Source of the DNA: an uncultured Actinomycetes bacterium
GTDB lineage: Bacteria > Actinomycetota > Thermoleophilia > Solirubrobacterales > 70-9
Reading direction: 5' to 3'
Length of the DNA: 64,000 nucleotides
Assembly (NCBI GenBank): GCA_963720015.1
Contig: CAVREA010000004.1
Location: 213,141-277,140, forward strand
Shown here: one piece after another, positions 8,190-17,172 of the stretch
How the letters are laid out: each line of letters begins with the position of its first letter
Numbering within the stretch: position 1 is the first letter of the stretch
Notes under the pieces: generated by a model
What the model was told of the DNA's origin: nothing
Databases searched by the model: none
The model's input: only the letters and a program-made list of their open reading frames with translations
Made by a program: the position numbers and the translations under genes

Positions 8190-8945
8190 ATGGGAGCCGC
8201 CGCACCGATCGCCTTTGCATGGGGGCTCGTGATGGGCTCGTTCATGACCGTCGTCGCCCACCGCGTCCCGCGCGGCGAGTCGATCGTCGGCCCCCGGTCG
8301 CGCTGCCCGCAGTGCGGCGCGACGATCGCCGCCTACGACAACGTGCCGGTGCTGTCCTGGCTGATGCTGCGGGGCCGGAGCCGCTGCTGCAGGACGCGGA
8401 TCTCGGCCCGGTATCCGCTCACGGAGCTCGCCCTCGGGCTGCTCTACGCGCTCACGGTCCTGGTGCTCTGGGACAACCCCGCGGAGGTCGCTCTCGGCCT
8501 CGTCTTCGTCTCGGTGCTCGTGGTCGTCACGGTCACCGATCTCGAGCGGCGGATCATCCCCAACGCGGTGCTGCTCTACGGGGCGGGGGCCGGTCTCGCG
8601 ATCATCGCCTTCACCGATCCGGCCCAGCTGCCCGAGCACGTCGCCGCCGGAATCGCCGCCGGCGCGCTGCTGCTGCTCGCCGCCCTTCTCTACCCGCGCG
8701 GCATGGGAATGGGCGACGTCAAGCTCGCCGCCGTGATGGGGCTCTTCCTCGGGCGGGCGGTCGGCCCCGCCCTGCTGATCGCGCTGCTGGCCGGGTCCGT
8801 CGTCGGGATCGGGATGATGATCCGGTACGGGGCGCAGGCGCGCAAGGCCGCGATCCCGTTCGGGCCGTTCCTGGCTCTCGGAGGGTTGGTCGGCATGCTC
8901 GCCGGCGGCGAGCTGGTCGATGCCTACCTCGACAGCTTTTCCTAG
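8190..8945 (+). CDS. pilD: Prepilin peptidase / N-methyltransferase PilD (A24 family), 251 aa
   Basis: The ATG at 8190 is 3 nt after the upstream stop. Motifs: CPQCGATIAAYDNVPVLSW (Zn-finger-like CxxC), VTDLERRIIPN and GMGMGDVKL (the two catalytic Asp motifs), and IPFGPFLALG. Confidence 0.9.
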   Translation: MGAAAPIAFAWGLVMGSFMTVVAHRVPRGESIVGPRSRCPQCGATIAAYDNVPVLSWLMLRGRSRCCRTRISARYPLTELALGLLYALTVLVLWDNPAEVALGLVFVSVLVVVTVTDLERRIIPNAVLLYGAGAGLAIIAFTDPAQLPEHVAAGIAAGALLLLAALLYPRGMGMGDVKLAAVMGLFLGRAVGPALLIALLAGSVVGIGMMIRYGAQARKAAIPFGPFLALGGLVGMLAGGELVDAYLDSFS

Positions 8946-9033
8946 TACTGAGTAACTCGCCGGGTCCTCACGGCTACAGCAATCGTCCACGGCGGCCGAT
9001 TGATGGTTAACCGCCGAGGGGGCGGCCAATCCA

Positions 9034-10137
9034 ATGCTCAGAAGCAGGAAGAACAACACCACGGTCGGGCTCCACATCGAGGCGGCCGCCATCACCGCCA
9101 CCGAGGTGCGCGGCAATGGCATCCCGCATGTCGAGGGAGCCGGCGTCGAGCCGCTCGAGCCCGGGGTCTTCGGTGACGGCGAGGTCTCCAACGAAGAGGC
9201 GCTCACCGACCACCTGAAGTCGCTCTTCGCCCGCCAGAAGCTGAGCCGCAAGGTGCGGATCGGAGTCGGCAACCAGCGGGTGATCGTGCGGGCGATGCGC
9301 CTCCCCGCGATCGAGGACCCGAAGGACCTTGCGGCAGCCGTCCGCTTCCGCGCCCAGGAGCAGATCCCGATGCCGCTCGACCAGGCGGTCCTCGACCACC
9401 AGGTCGTCGGCGGCGTCCCCGCCCGGGACGGCGAGCCGGCCCAGGTGGACGTCGCCGTGATCGCCGCCCGCCGGGACATGGTCGCGTCCTTCGTCGAGCC
9501 GGTCCGCAAGGCCGGCCTCGACCCGGTGGGAATCGATCTCTCCGCCTTCGGCATGATCCGCGCCCTGGCCGGCGCCCACGGCCTCGCTCCCGCGGGAGCG
9601 GCGCCGACCGCCCCCGGCGCCGACGGCCCCCCGGTCCCGGGCGCCTACACCGTTCTCTACTGCCATCTCGGCGACGTCACCAACCTCGCCGTCGCGCGCG
9701 GCGCGGGCTGTCACTTCGCCCGGGTCTCCTCCTTCGGCGCCGACGCGATCGCCGCGCAGCTCGCCGAAGCCGCGGAGCTGACGATGGAGCACGCTCGGCA
9801 GTGGTTCACCCACGTCGGTCTCGAAGTTCCGGTCGAGTCGGTCGAGGGAGATCCGAGGATCGTCAGCGCCACCCGCGATGCCCTGCAGCGGGGCGCGGCA
9901 GACCTCGCCAACGAGCTGCGGCTCTCGCTCGACTACTACGGCGCGCAGGAGGCCGTCTCCCCCGTCGACAAGGTCGTCCTCTGCGGTCCGCTGAGCGCGA
10001 TCGCCGGACTCCCCGGGGAGCTTGAGCGCAGCCTCGGCCTGCCGATCGAGGTCGCCAGGCCCGACGCGCTGGAGAAGTTCGGCGCGCCGACCGCCACCCA
10101 GCTGACCCTGTCCTACGGACTTGCCCTGCAGAGCTGA
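9034..10137 (+). CDS. pilM: Type IV pilus assembly ATPase-fold protein PilM, 367 aa
   Basis: The ORF is intact and has an actin-like fold signature (VGLHIEAAAITATEV..., RIGVGNQRVIVRAMRLP, PVGIDLSAFG). Its stop overlaps the pilN start (ATG at 10137). Confidence 0.85.
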   Translation: MLRSRKNNTTVGLHIEAAAITATEVRGNGIPHVEGAGVEPLEPGVFGDGEVSNEEALTDHLKSLFARQKLSRKVRIGVGNQRVIVRAMRLPAIEDPKDLAAAVRFRAQEQIPMPLDQAVLDHQVVGGVPARDGEPAQVDVAVIAARRDMVASFVEPVRKAGLDPVGIDLSAFGMIRALAGAHGLAPAGAAPTAPGADGPPVPGAYTVLYCHLGDVTNLAVARGAGCHFARVSSFGADAIAAQLAEAAELTMEHARQWFTHVGLEVPVESVEGDPRIVSATRDALQRGAADLANELRLSLDYYGAQEAVSPVDKVVLCGPLSAIAGLPGELERSLGLPIEVARPDALEKFGAPTATQLTLSYGLALQS

Positions 10138-10899
10138 TGCGTCCCGTCAACCTCATCCCACCGGATCTGCGCCGCGGCGTCCAGGCCCCCTCGCGCACCG
10201 GCCCCGTTGCCTACCTCGTCGTCGGCGGCCTCGCCCTCGTCCTCGCCGGCGTGACGCTGCTCGTGCTCTCGCAGAACCAGATCTCCGAGCGCGAGGCGGA
10301 CATCACCCGGCTCAAGCAGGAGCGGGCGGAGATCGGCTCGGGCAGAGCGCCTCGCCAGCTACACGCAGTTCAACACCGTCCGCGAACAGCGGGTCATGAC
10401 CGTGAGCAGCCTCGCCGACAGCCGCTTCGACTGGGAGCGCGTGATGGAGGAGTTCTCCCGCGTCCTGCCCTCCGACATCTGGCTCGTCAAGATGACCGGC
10501 AAGGTCCGACCGGAGGTCGACGTCGACGACAGCGCCCAGATCGCGCTGCGCGGCGGCGTCGCTGGACCCGCCCTCGAGCTGATCGGCTGCGCCCCCAGCT
10601 ACGAGTCGCTCGCCGGCTTCATCTCGTCGCTGCGCGACATCGACGGCGTCACCCGCGTCGGCGTGCTCAAGTCCGAGCGGCCGCCCCTCGCCTCCTCCTC
10701 CGACCTCGCGACCGGCGACGGCACCGACCAGGAGGACTGCCGGACCAGGGACTTCATCACCCGCTTCGAGCTCGTCGTCGCCTTCGACGCCGCGCCCGTT
10801 TCGGCGGCCACGACCCCCGGCGCCGTCCCCCCGCCCGCCCCGGCACCGGCACCGGCACCGGCCGAGCCCGCCGCAACCCCGACCTCGACCGAGGGCTGA
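10137..10899 (+). pseudogene. pilN: PilN-like fimbrial assembly protein; apparent frameshift near 10340
   Basis: MRPVNLIPPDLRR, then a TM segment (VAYLVVGGLALVLAGVTLLVL), then a coiled coil (EREADITRLKQERAEI). The frame then changes. The second frame continues AERLASYTQFNTVREQRVMTVSSLADSRFDWERVMEEFSRVLPSDIWL (ORF 10396..10899). The C-terminal tail is PAPAPAPA, encoded by a (CCGGCA)x3 repeat at 10840-10861. Confidence 0.75.
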
Positions 10900-10900
10900 G

Positions 10901-11703
10901 ATGAGCTCGAACCGGATACTCGCCTCAATGCTCGGCGTCGCAGCGATCCTCGCCGCCTTCTGGCTGCTGGCGCTGGCGCCGAAGCGCGATCAGGCCGCCA
11001 AGCTCGGCACCCAGGTCGAGAGCCTCCAGCAGGAGGTCGACCAGCTCAACGCCACCGTGGCCGCGGCCGACGAGGCGAGGCGCGACTTCGCCGACGACTA
11101 CGCGCAGCTGGTCACCCTCGGCAAGGCCGTCCCCGCCGACGACGACACCGCCTCGCTGCTGGTCCAGCTCAACAAGGTTGCGGGGCGCAACGGGCTCGAA
11201 TTCCGCGACATCGAGCTCCAGGACACCGGCGCGAGCGCGGGGGTGCCGGCGCCGACCACCGCGCCCGCCGCCCCGCCACCACCACCACCACCGACCCGGC
11301 CACCGGCGCGGTGCCCGCTGCGAGTCCAGTCCCGGCCACCGAGGCCGCCGCCGCCCTGATGCCGCTCGGCGCCACCATCGGCCCCGCTGGCCTGGCCGTG
11401 ATGCCCTACAAGCTCACCTTCGCGGGCAGCTTCTTCGATGTCTCCAAGTTCGTCGCCGGCGTCGACTCGCTGGTCAAGACCGAGACCGGGCGGGTGACGG
11501 TCGACGGGCGGCTGATGACCATCGACGGGTTCTCGCTGACCAGCGACCCGCGCACCGGCTTCCCCGCGCTGACCGCAAGCGTCTCGGTGACGACCTATGT
11601 GACCCCGCCCGGCCAGGGCGTCACGGTGGGCGCCACGCCCGCCGCCCCGGCTCCGGTCGGCGCGACCGCCACCCCGACCTCGACCACCACCCCGGCCCCA
11701 TGA
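10901..11703 (+). pseudogene. pilO: PilO-like pilus assembly protein; apparent frameshift near 11295, next to a poly-Pro (CCA/CCG) run
   Basis: The N-terminal TM segment (LGVAAILAAFWLLALAP) is followed by a coiled coil (LQQEVDQLNATVAAADEAR) and LLVQLNKVAGRNGLEF. After PPPPPPP the frame changes to DPATGAVPAASPVPATEAAAALMPLG...YKLTFAGSFFDVSKFVAGVDSLV (ORF 11311..11703). Confidence 0.7.
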
Positions 11704-12608
11704 GCAGGTTCAAGCGACCCCAGCTCAAGCGACCGGCGCTCAAGCGACCGGCGCTCAAGACGCCGCAACTGCATGCGCCGCAGGTCCTCAGCGACCTCTT
11801 CCAGGACTTGCGGGACCGGCACCTGCTGCCGCTGGTGGCAGTGCTGGCCGTGGCGATCGTCGCCGTTCCCTTCATCCTCGGCGGCTCCGACTCGGAGCCG
11901 ACGTCCGGCTCCGGCACGAGCACGGCTCCCGCGGCGGGCGCCTCGGCATCGGACGGCGCCTCCAAGCTGGTTGTGGTCGCCGCCAATCCCGGCCTGCGGG
12001 ACTACCGCCTGCGGCTGCGCGCGCTCGAGGCCAAGAACCCCTTCAGGCAGCACTTCACCGCTCCGCAGCTCTCCGGCTCCGAGCTGGGCGGCGGCGCGAC
12101 GACGACGGTGCCGACCGAGTCGACGAACGGCGGCGTGGCGTTCCCGGAGCCGTCGGTTCCCTCCTTCCCCGGCGGCACCGGCGGGAGCACCGGCGGAAAC
12201 GGCGGCGGCGGGACGGGCGGCGGCGGCCAGACCAAGGTCAAGGTCGAGACCGAGTACGTCCAGTACACAGTCGACGTGAAGGTCGTTCGCAGGGCCCAGG
12301 GCGGAAACACGCGCCAGCCTCGCGAGCGCATCCTCGAGGACGTGCCGGAGCTGACGATGCTGCCCGGCAAGAAGGCCCCGGTCGCCGTCTTCATGGGCGT
12401 CAGCGCCGACCGCGAGAAGGCCCTTCTGCTCGTCTCCGAGAACGTCACCTCGATCTTCGGCGACGTGCGCTGCATGGCCGGCTCGGAGAGCTGCCAGCTG
12501 ATCATGGTCGAGCCCGGGTTCCCGGTCACCTTCGTCTACGGGGAGAGGGACCGCGCTTACAGGCTGAACGTGCTGCGGATCGAGGAATCGGTCCGCAAGC
12601 AGCCCTGA
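11700..12608 (+). CDS. Unknown single-pass membrane protein ending the pilMNO operon, 302 aa, with a Gly-rich linker
   Basis: The ATG at 11700 overlaps the pilO stop (ATGA). The N-terminus has KRPxLK repeats, followed by a TM segment (LLPLVAVLAVAIVAVPFILGG), a GGTGGSTGGNGGGGTGGGG linker and a C-terminal beta-rich domain. I recognise no family. Confidence 0.6.
   Translation: MSRFKRPQLKRPALKRPALKTPQLHAPQVLSDLFQDLRDRHLLPLVAVLAVAIVAVPFILGGSDSEPTSGSGTSTAPAAGASASDGASKLVVVAANPGLRDYRLRLRALEAKNPFRQHFTAPQLSGSELGGGATTTVPTESTNGGVAFPEPSVPSFPGGTGGSTGGNGGGGTGGGGQTKVKVETEYVQYTVDVKVVRRAQGGNTRQPRERILEDVPELTMLPGKKAPVAVFMGVSADREKALLLVSENVTSIFGDVRCMAGSESCQLIMVEPGFPVTFVYGERDRAYRLNVLRIEESVRKQP
11709..11768 (+). 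repeat. Four tandem 15-nt units (consensus CTCAAGCGACCGGCG) encoding FKRPQ/LKRPA/LKRPA/LKTPQ
   Basis: Direct reading: ttcaagcgaccccag ctcaagcgaccggcg ctcaagcgaccggcg ctcaagacgccgcaa. The unit length is a multiple of 3, so copy-number change keeps the frame. Confidence 0.75.
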
Positions 12609-12640
12609 GGATCCCTGGCGGAGTGCGGATTTCCCAAGGC

Positions 12641-12669
12641 TTCAGTTTGTGAAGTCTTGGCGCTATACT
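12641..12669 (+). promoter_or_regulatory. Possible sigma-70-type promoter upstream of the hxlR-like gene
   Basis: TTCAGT (12641-12646), a 17-nt spacer, then TATACT (12664-12669), in a locally AT-richer gap. This is a motif match only. Confidence 0.25.
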
Positions 12670-12711
12670 CGCTGAAGCGAGGAGTGGGCCCAAGCGGGCC
12701 GCCCCGCCGTC

Positions 12712-13092
12712 ATGAGCGCAATCAGCAACGCCAGATGCCCCGTCTGCCGCACGGCGGACGTGATCTCCGGGAAGTGGACCCTTCTCGTCATCCGCGACCT
12801 CGCGGCGGGGAGCAGCCGATTTTGCGAGCTCGAGCGCTCACTCGAGGGCATCAGCCCGAGAACGCTCTCGCTGCGCCTGCGGGCGCTCGAGGAGGAGGGC
12901 ATCATCGAGCGCCATACCTTTCCCGAGGTCCCGCCCCGGGTCGAGTACGCCCTCACCGAGAAGGGCGAGGCCCTGGTGCCGCTGATCGAGGACATGCGGC
13001 GCTACGGCAAGCGCTGGCTCGCGGCCGACGGCGAGGTCGACGATTGCGCCCAGCCGCTCGGCGCCTCGGCCCGCGCCGGCCAGGCCGCCTAG
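12712..13092 (+). CDS. HxlR-family winged-helix transcriptional regulator, 126 aa
   Basis: CPVCRTADVISGKWTLLVIRDL...FCELERSLEGISPRTLSLRLRALEEEGIIERHTFPEVPPRVEYALTEKG is the canonical HxlR/DUF24 signature. Confidence 0.85.
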   Translation: MSAISNARCPVCRTADVISGKWTLLVIRDLAAGSSRFCELERSLEGISPRTLSLRLRALEEEGIIERHTFPEVPPRVEYALTEKGEALVPLIEDMRRYGKRWLAADGEVDDCAQPLGASARAGQAA

Positions 13093-13177
13093 CGGCAGCG
13101 GCCCTCGCGGGCGCTCATAACCTGCAACGCCTCGTGCAGCCGCAGGAGCCCCCCCGGCGCAGACGAAGCCTGGGAGC

Positions 13178-14962
13178 GTGCGTGACCCCGCCCTGACCGA
13201 AGCTCTGCGCAGGCTCGCCGCCGAGGCGGCGACCCGCTTCAGCTCGCTGGTCGCGAGCGGTGACGAGATCCCCTTCGACGTCGCCGAGGACGCGGGTCCG
13301 GATTCGCTCTTCTACCGCTACGTCCCGCTCACCGCCCGCTACGTCGCCGAGCGCGCCGACGAGGTCCGCTCGCTGCCGGCCTTCGAGCCCGCCCGCGACG
13401 CGGTGGCCGAGGCCGCGGTTGCCGCCCCTTATCTAGAGGCCAGGGGCCGCCCCGTGCCCGAGCACGAGGGCACGCGGGCCGAGGCGATGCTGCTGCTCTT
13501 CGTCGCCGCCCTCTGGGACGGCTCCACCGACTTCGCGCTCGACCGCCCCCGCCTCGGTCGGGCGCTCGACGCACTCGACGCCGAGACCCGAGATCTCGAG
13601 GAGACCGACATCCTGATCGTGCCGCTGGTCGGCCTGCGGATGTCGGCGCCGCGGATCAGCCTGCCGAGCGGCGTCCGAATCGTGGGCGCCGACAGCATCG
13701 AGGTCCCACTCGAAGCGATGCGCTCTGAGGGCATGAACCGGGAGCCGTGGGAGCCCCAGTTCCTGGCCGTCGCCGAGCAGGATGCCGAAGGCGAGGACCC
13801 GGTCGAGGCCCTCCGGCAGCTCCACGACCTGATCAGCGTCATGCGCCTGTTCAAGGAGGGCGCCATCGGCCTCGGGCCCCATGCCTTCGCGCCCACGGGC
13901 GAGGACAGCTGGCGCCGGATCGCAACCGGCGCTCCCCCGACCAGGCCCGGAAGCTACGAGCTGAGCGAGGCCGAGACGGCGGAGCTGGCCGAGTTCGCCG
14001 GCGACCTGGAGGCGTGTCCCGACCCCCGCGGCTCGCTGGCCTGGGCGATCGCCCGCTTCGAGATGGGCTGCGAGCGGGCCAGCGCGATCGAGGGCCTCTC
14101 CGATCACCTCCTCGCCCTGCAGGCCGTCCTCGAAGGCGAGGGGCCGGTCGGGGCGTCGCTGCCGATGCGGGCAGCGGCGCTGATCGCGGAGCCCGAGGAG
14201 CGCCCCCAGACCTCGCTTCGGTTCGAGCGCATCCAGCATCTCGAGCGCGCGCTGATCGCCGGCGCGCCCGTGGGGCCCGCCGGCCTCGATGCCGGGGCGG
14301 CAGCCGAGCACGCCGCTTGGCTCGAGGAGGGCCTGCGCGCAATCCTTCGCAACGCGGCCCTCGGCGAGCACGGCGCCGACCTCGGCGCCGCGGCGGACGA
14401 GACCCTGATCGCGGCGGGTCTGATCGCCGGCGAGGTGAGCGAGGAGCAGATGGGGTCCGCCGCCGAATGGGACGTCATCTCCGAGGCCGAGGGGAACGCA
14501 GATCGCGAGGAGGAGATCCGGGTGACGGACGAGCGAGACGAATTGCTCGAGCGCGAGGCCCGCGCCGGCAGCGGCGAGGAGATCAGGGTGACGGCCAAGC
14601 CCGCCGCCGAGCAGGAGTTCGACCGGGCGGTCGGCGCCTCGGCCCAGGAGGGGCTCGAAGCCGGGCCGCCGGAGGTCGACGAGGACTTGAGCGGGAAAGC
14701 GCACGACGACGGCAGTCGGGCCGATCCCGGCGACGACTACCAGGAGGGCACGATGATCGACCGTGACTGGCTCGGCGAGGTCGAGCGCGCCGACAGCGCC
14801 ACACTCGAATGGCCCGCGACCGCGATCGGCGAGCCGGCTCCCGGCGAGCGCGAGCGGATCGACACCCCGCGCGTCCGGCACCTGTTCCCGGTCCCCGAGG
14901 ATGCGGACTGGGAGGTTCGCGAACTCGACTACGACCGGCGCAGGACGGCCAACGGCCGCTGA
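13178..14962 (+). CDS. Hypothetical acidic protein, 594 aa; no recognisable domain
   Basis: A GTG start has GGGAG 2-6 nt upstream. It is a single intact 1.8-kb ORF. The C-terminal third is very acidic and carries a duplicated EEIRVT motif. Confidence 0.65.
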   Translation: MRDPALTEALRRLAAEAATRFSSLVASGDEIPFDVAEDAGPDSLFYRYVPLTARYVAERADEVRSLPAFEPARDAVAEAAVAAPYLEARGRPVPEHEGTRAEAMLLLFVAALWDGSTDFALDRPRLGRALDALDAETRDLEETDILIVPLVGLRMSAPRISLPSGVRIVGADSIEVPLEAMRSEGMNREPWEPQFLAVAEQDAEGEDPVEALRQLHDLISVMRLFKEGAIGLGPHAFAPTGEDSWRRIATGAPPTRPGSYELSEAETAELAEFAGDLEACPDPRGSLAWAIARFEMGCERASAIEGLSDHLLALQAVLEGEGPVGASLPMRAAALIAEPEERPQTSLRFERIQHLERALIAGAPVGPAGLDAGAAAEHAAWLEEGLRAILRNAALGEHGADLGAAADETLIAAGLIAGEVSEEQMGSAAEWDVISEAEGNADREEEIRVTDERDELLEREARAGSGEEIRVTAKPAAEQEFDRAVGASAQEGLEAGPPEVDEDLSGKAHDDGSRADPGDDYQEGTMIDRDWLGEVERADSATLEWPATAIGEPAPGERERIDTPRVRHLFPVPEDADWEVRELDYDRRRTANGR

Positions 14963-14978
14963 CCGCGCCCGCCGGCGC

Positions 14979-16127
14979 TCAGGCTCCGGCGGCGATCTCC
15001 TCCCGCTCCGGCTCGGTGGCGAACAGGTAGCGGTTGATCTGGGCTAGGCCGCCGAGGTCGTGGACGTCCTCGTCCAGGTAGGGGACTCGAATCACGGTCG
15101 CGGCCCCCAGCTCGGCCGAGAGCCGCTCTATGTTGCGGGCGTCGCGCTCCGCGAGGGCGCCGTAGTCGGCGAAGTTGGCCGCGACCCGCTCGGCCAGCTC
15201 GGCGTCCTCGAGCGCCGCGGTCAGCTCCTCCCGCAGGTCGCCACCGTCCCCGGGCAGCCGGTCGAACGCGTAGTGGACCTTGTTGACGATCACCCCGCCG
15301 AAGGGGAGGTCGGCCTCGATCAACTTGCGGTGGAAGTAGACGGCCTCCTCGATCGGCTCGCCCTGCGGGCCGCAGACGACGAGGAAGCAGGTGCCGGGGT
15401 CGGCGAGGAGGGCGTTGACCCGCCTCGCCCGCTCCTGAAAACCGTCCACCATGCCGCTCATCGCGGTGAAGAACTCCGAGAGGTCCGCGAGCAGGTCGAA
15501 TCCGACGATCCGCTTCAGGACCGAGAGGACGACCGAGGCCCCGCGGCCGGCGACCCGCGCCGCCATCCCGGTCGGCTTCATGAACACGCGCAGCGAGCGG
15601 CCCTCGATGAACTGCATCAGGCGGCGCGGGGCGTCGAGGAAGTCGAGCGCGTTGCGGGTCGGCGGAGTGTCGAGGACGAGCAGGTCGAAGCGCCCCCCGG
15701 AATGGATCTCGAACAGCTTCTCCATCGCCATGTACTCCTGCGATCCCGCCAGCGCATTCGAGATCTGCTGGTAGATGCGGTTGCCGAGGATGCGGTCGCG
15801 GCTCTGCGCGTCCTCGGCGTAGCGGCTGACGACCTCGTCGAAGGTCGCCTTCGGATCGAGCATCATCGCCCACAGCTCGCCGCTCATCCGAATGCCCGTC
15901 GCCTCGAACAGGGCCGGATCGACACGGCGGGCCTCGTTGCCGAGCTGCTCGAGGCCGAGGGCGTCGGCGAGCCGCTTCGCCGGGTCGATGGTGACCACGC
16001 AGACCTTCAGCCCCTTCGCCGCCATACCGGTGGCGACCGCCGCGGCGGTCGTCGTCTTGCCGACTCCGCCCGATCCGGCGCAGACGCAGACGCCCTTGCC
16101 GGCGAGGACCTCGTCGATCGCGGTCAC
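14979..16127 (-). CDS. ArsA/Get3-family ATPase, 382 aa (BagB/Rv3680-like)
   Basis: It has a deviant Walker A (CAGSGGVGKTTTAAAVA) and TIDPAKRLADALGL. It is the second gene of a same-strand pair. Confidence 0.85.
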   Translation of the reverse strand: MTAIDEVLAGKGVCVCAGSGGVGKTTTAAAVATGMAAKGLKVCVVTIDPAKRLADALGLEQLGNEARRVDPALFEATGIRMSGELWAMMLDPKATFDEVVSRYAEDAQSRDRILGNRIYQQISNALAGSQEYMAMEKLFEIHSGGRFDLLVLDTPPTRNALDFLDAPRRLMQFIEGRSLRVFMKPTGMAARVAGRGASVVLSVLKRIVGFDLLADLSEFFTAMSGMVDGFQERARRVNALLADPGTCFLVVCGPQGEPIEEAVYFHRKLIEADLPFGGVIVNKVHYAFDRLPGDGGDLREELTAALEDAELAERVAANFADYGALAERDARNIERLSAELGAATVIRVPYLDEDVHDLGGLAQINRYLFATEPEREEIAAGA

Positions 16128-16146
16128 GGGGCCTTCCGCATCCGGC

Positions 16147-17073
16147 TCAAAGCCTGGCTCCGAGGGCGCGCGCGGACTCGAGGCCGAGCTCGGGCTCGAA
16201 GAGGAACGGAAGCGTCTTGACCGGCGCCTCGACGCGGCGTCGCAGGCGCGCCAGCTGGGCCCGCTGGGAGCGGGCCCGGTCGTGCTCGGAGATCGCCGCC
16301 CGCGCAGCGGCCCGGACCGCGCCGTTCTCGCGCCCGGCCACGCCGGCGAGCCGCTCGGCCTCCTCGTTGGAGAAGCGCTGCGGGTAGAGCGCGTTCATGT
16401 AGATGCGATCGACCGCGACGCCGACCTCGGCCCGCAGGTCGCGCTCGAGGCTTGCCGACTCGTTGACCGGCATCTCCTCGGGCAGCGAGACGATCGCCGC
16501 CCCGGTCAGGGCCTCGTCGGTGATGAAAGCGTCGAGCTGCCGGGCCTGCGAGTGGATCGGCCCGACCCTGGCGATCCCGGCGAAGGTCCGCGGCGTCTGC
16601 AGAAAGCCGATCCCGTGGCCCGTGGCCGGCGCGTCGACGACGACCAGGTCGTACTTGCGTCCGCGCTTGACCTTGCGGTCGAGCTGGGCCAGCTCCCAGA
16701 TCTTGCCGATCGTGACCAGCTCCTTGAGCCCGGGGGTGGCGGCGGCCAGGTAGGTGAAGATGCGGCTTCGGAATAGCAGGTCCCGCATCGCCCGCACCTT
16801 GAGCTGGAGCAGCACGTACTCGCGCATCGAGTCGTCGGGATCGATCGAGATCGCCCAGAGGTTCTCCGCCATCCGGGTCTCCTCGAAGCCGACCGCCGCG
16901 TGGCCGAAGAAACGCGACGCCCGCTCCTGCGCGGCCACCTCGCAGACGATCGTCCGCCGCCCCTCCGAGGCGGCCCGCAGCCCCATCGCGACCGCCACAG
17001 TCGTCTTGCCGACGCCCCCCTTTCCTGTGACGAAGACCAGCCGCTTGTCGAACAGGTCGGTAACCCGGCTCAT
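16147..17073 (-). CDS. ArsA/Get3-family ATPase, 308 aa (BagA/Rv3679-like)
   Basis: The P-loop is VFVTGKGGVGKTTVAVAMG. It lies 19 nt upstream of the second ArsA-like gene. The sizes and order match the Mtb Rv3679-Rv3680 pair as I remember it. Confidence 0.85.
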   Translation of the reverse strand: MSRVTDLFDKRLVFVTGKGGVGKTTVAVAMGLRAASEGRRTIVCEVAAQERASRFFGHAAVGFEETRMAENLWAISIDPDDSMREYVLLQLKVRAMRDLLFRSRIFTYLAAATPGLKELVTIGKIWELAQLDRKVKRGRKYDLVVVDAPATGHGIGFLQTPRTFAGIARVGPIHSQARQLDAFITDEALTGAAIVSLPEEMPVNESASLERDLRAEVGVAVDRIYMNALYPQRFSNEEAERLAGVAGRENGAVRAAARAAISEHDRARSQRAQLARLRRRVEAPVKTLPFLFEPELGLESARALGARL

Positions 17074-17172
17074 TCAATCAGGGGCGAGGCCCGCCCTCTG
17101 CGGACTGCACCTTCGCTAGCAATTCATCAGGACGGCAGGAAAAACCCGTGGCCATGCGAATAACCGCGGCAA

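Noticed and set aside
11277-11296. The (CCA/CCG)n poly-Pro run in pilO as a slipped-strand phase-variation switch.
   Set aside because: The repeat unit is a trinucleotide, so copy-number change would not shift the frame. The observed shift is a single-nt event adjacent to the run.
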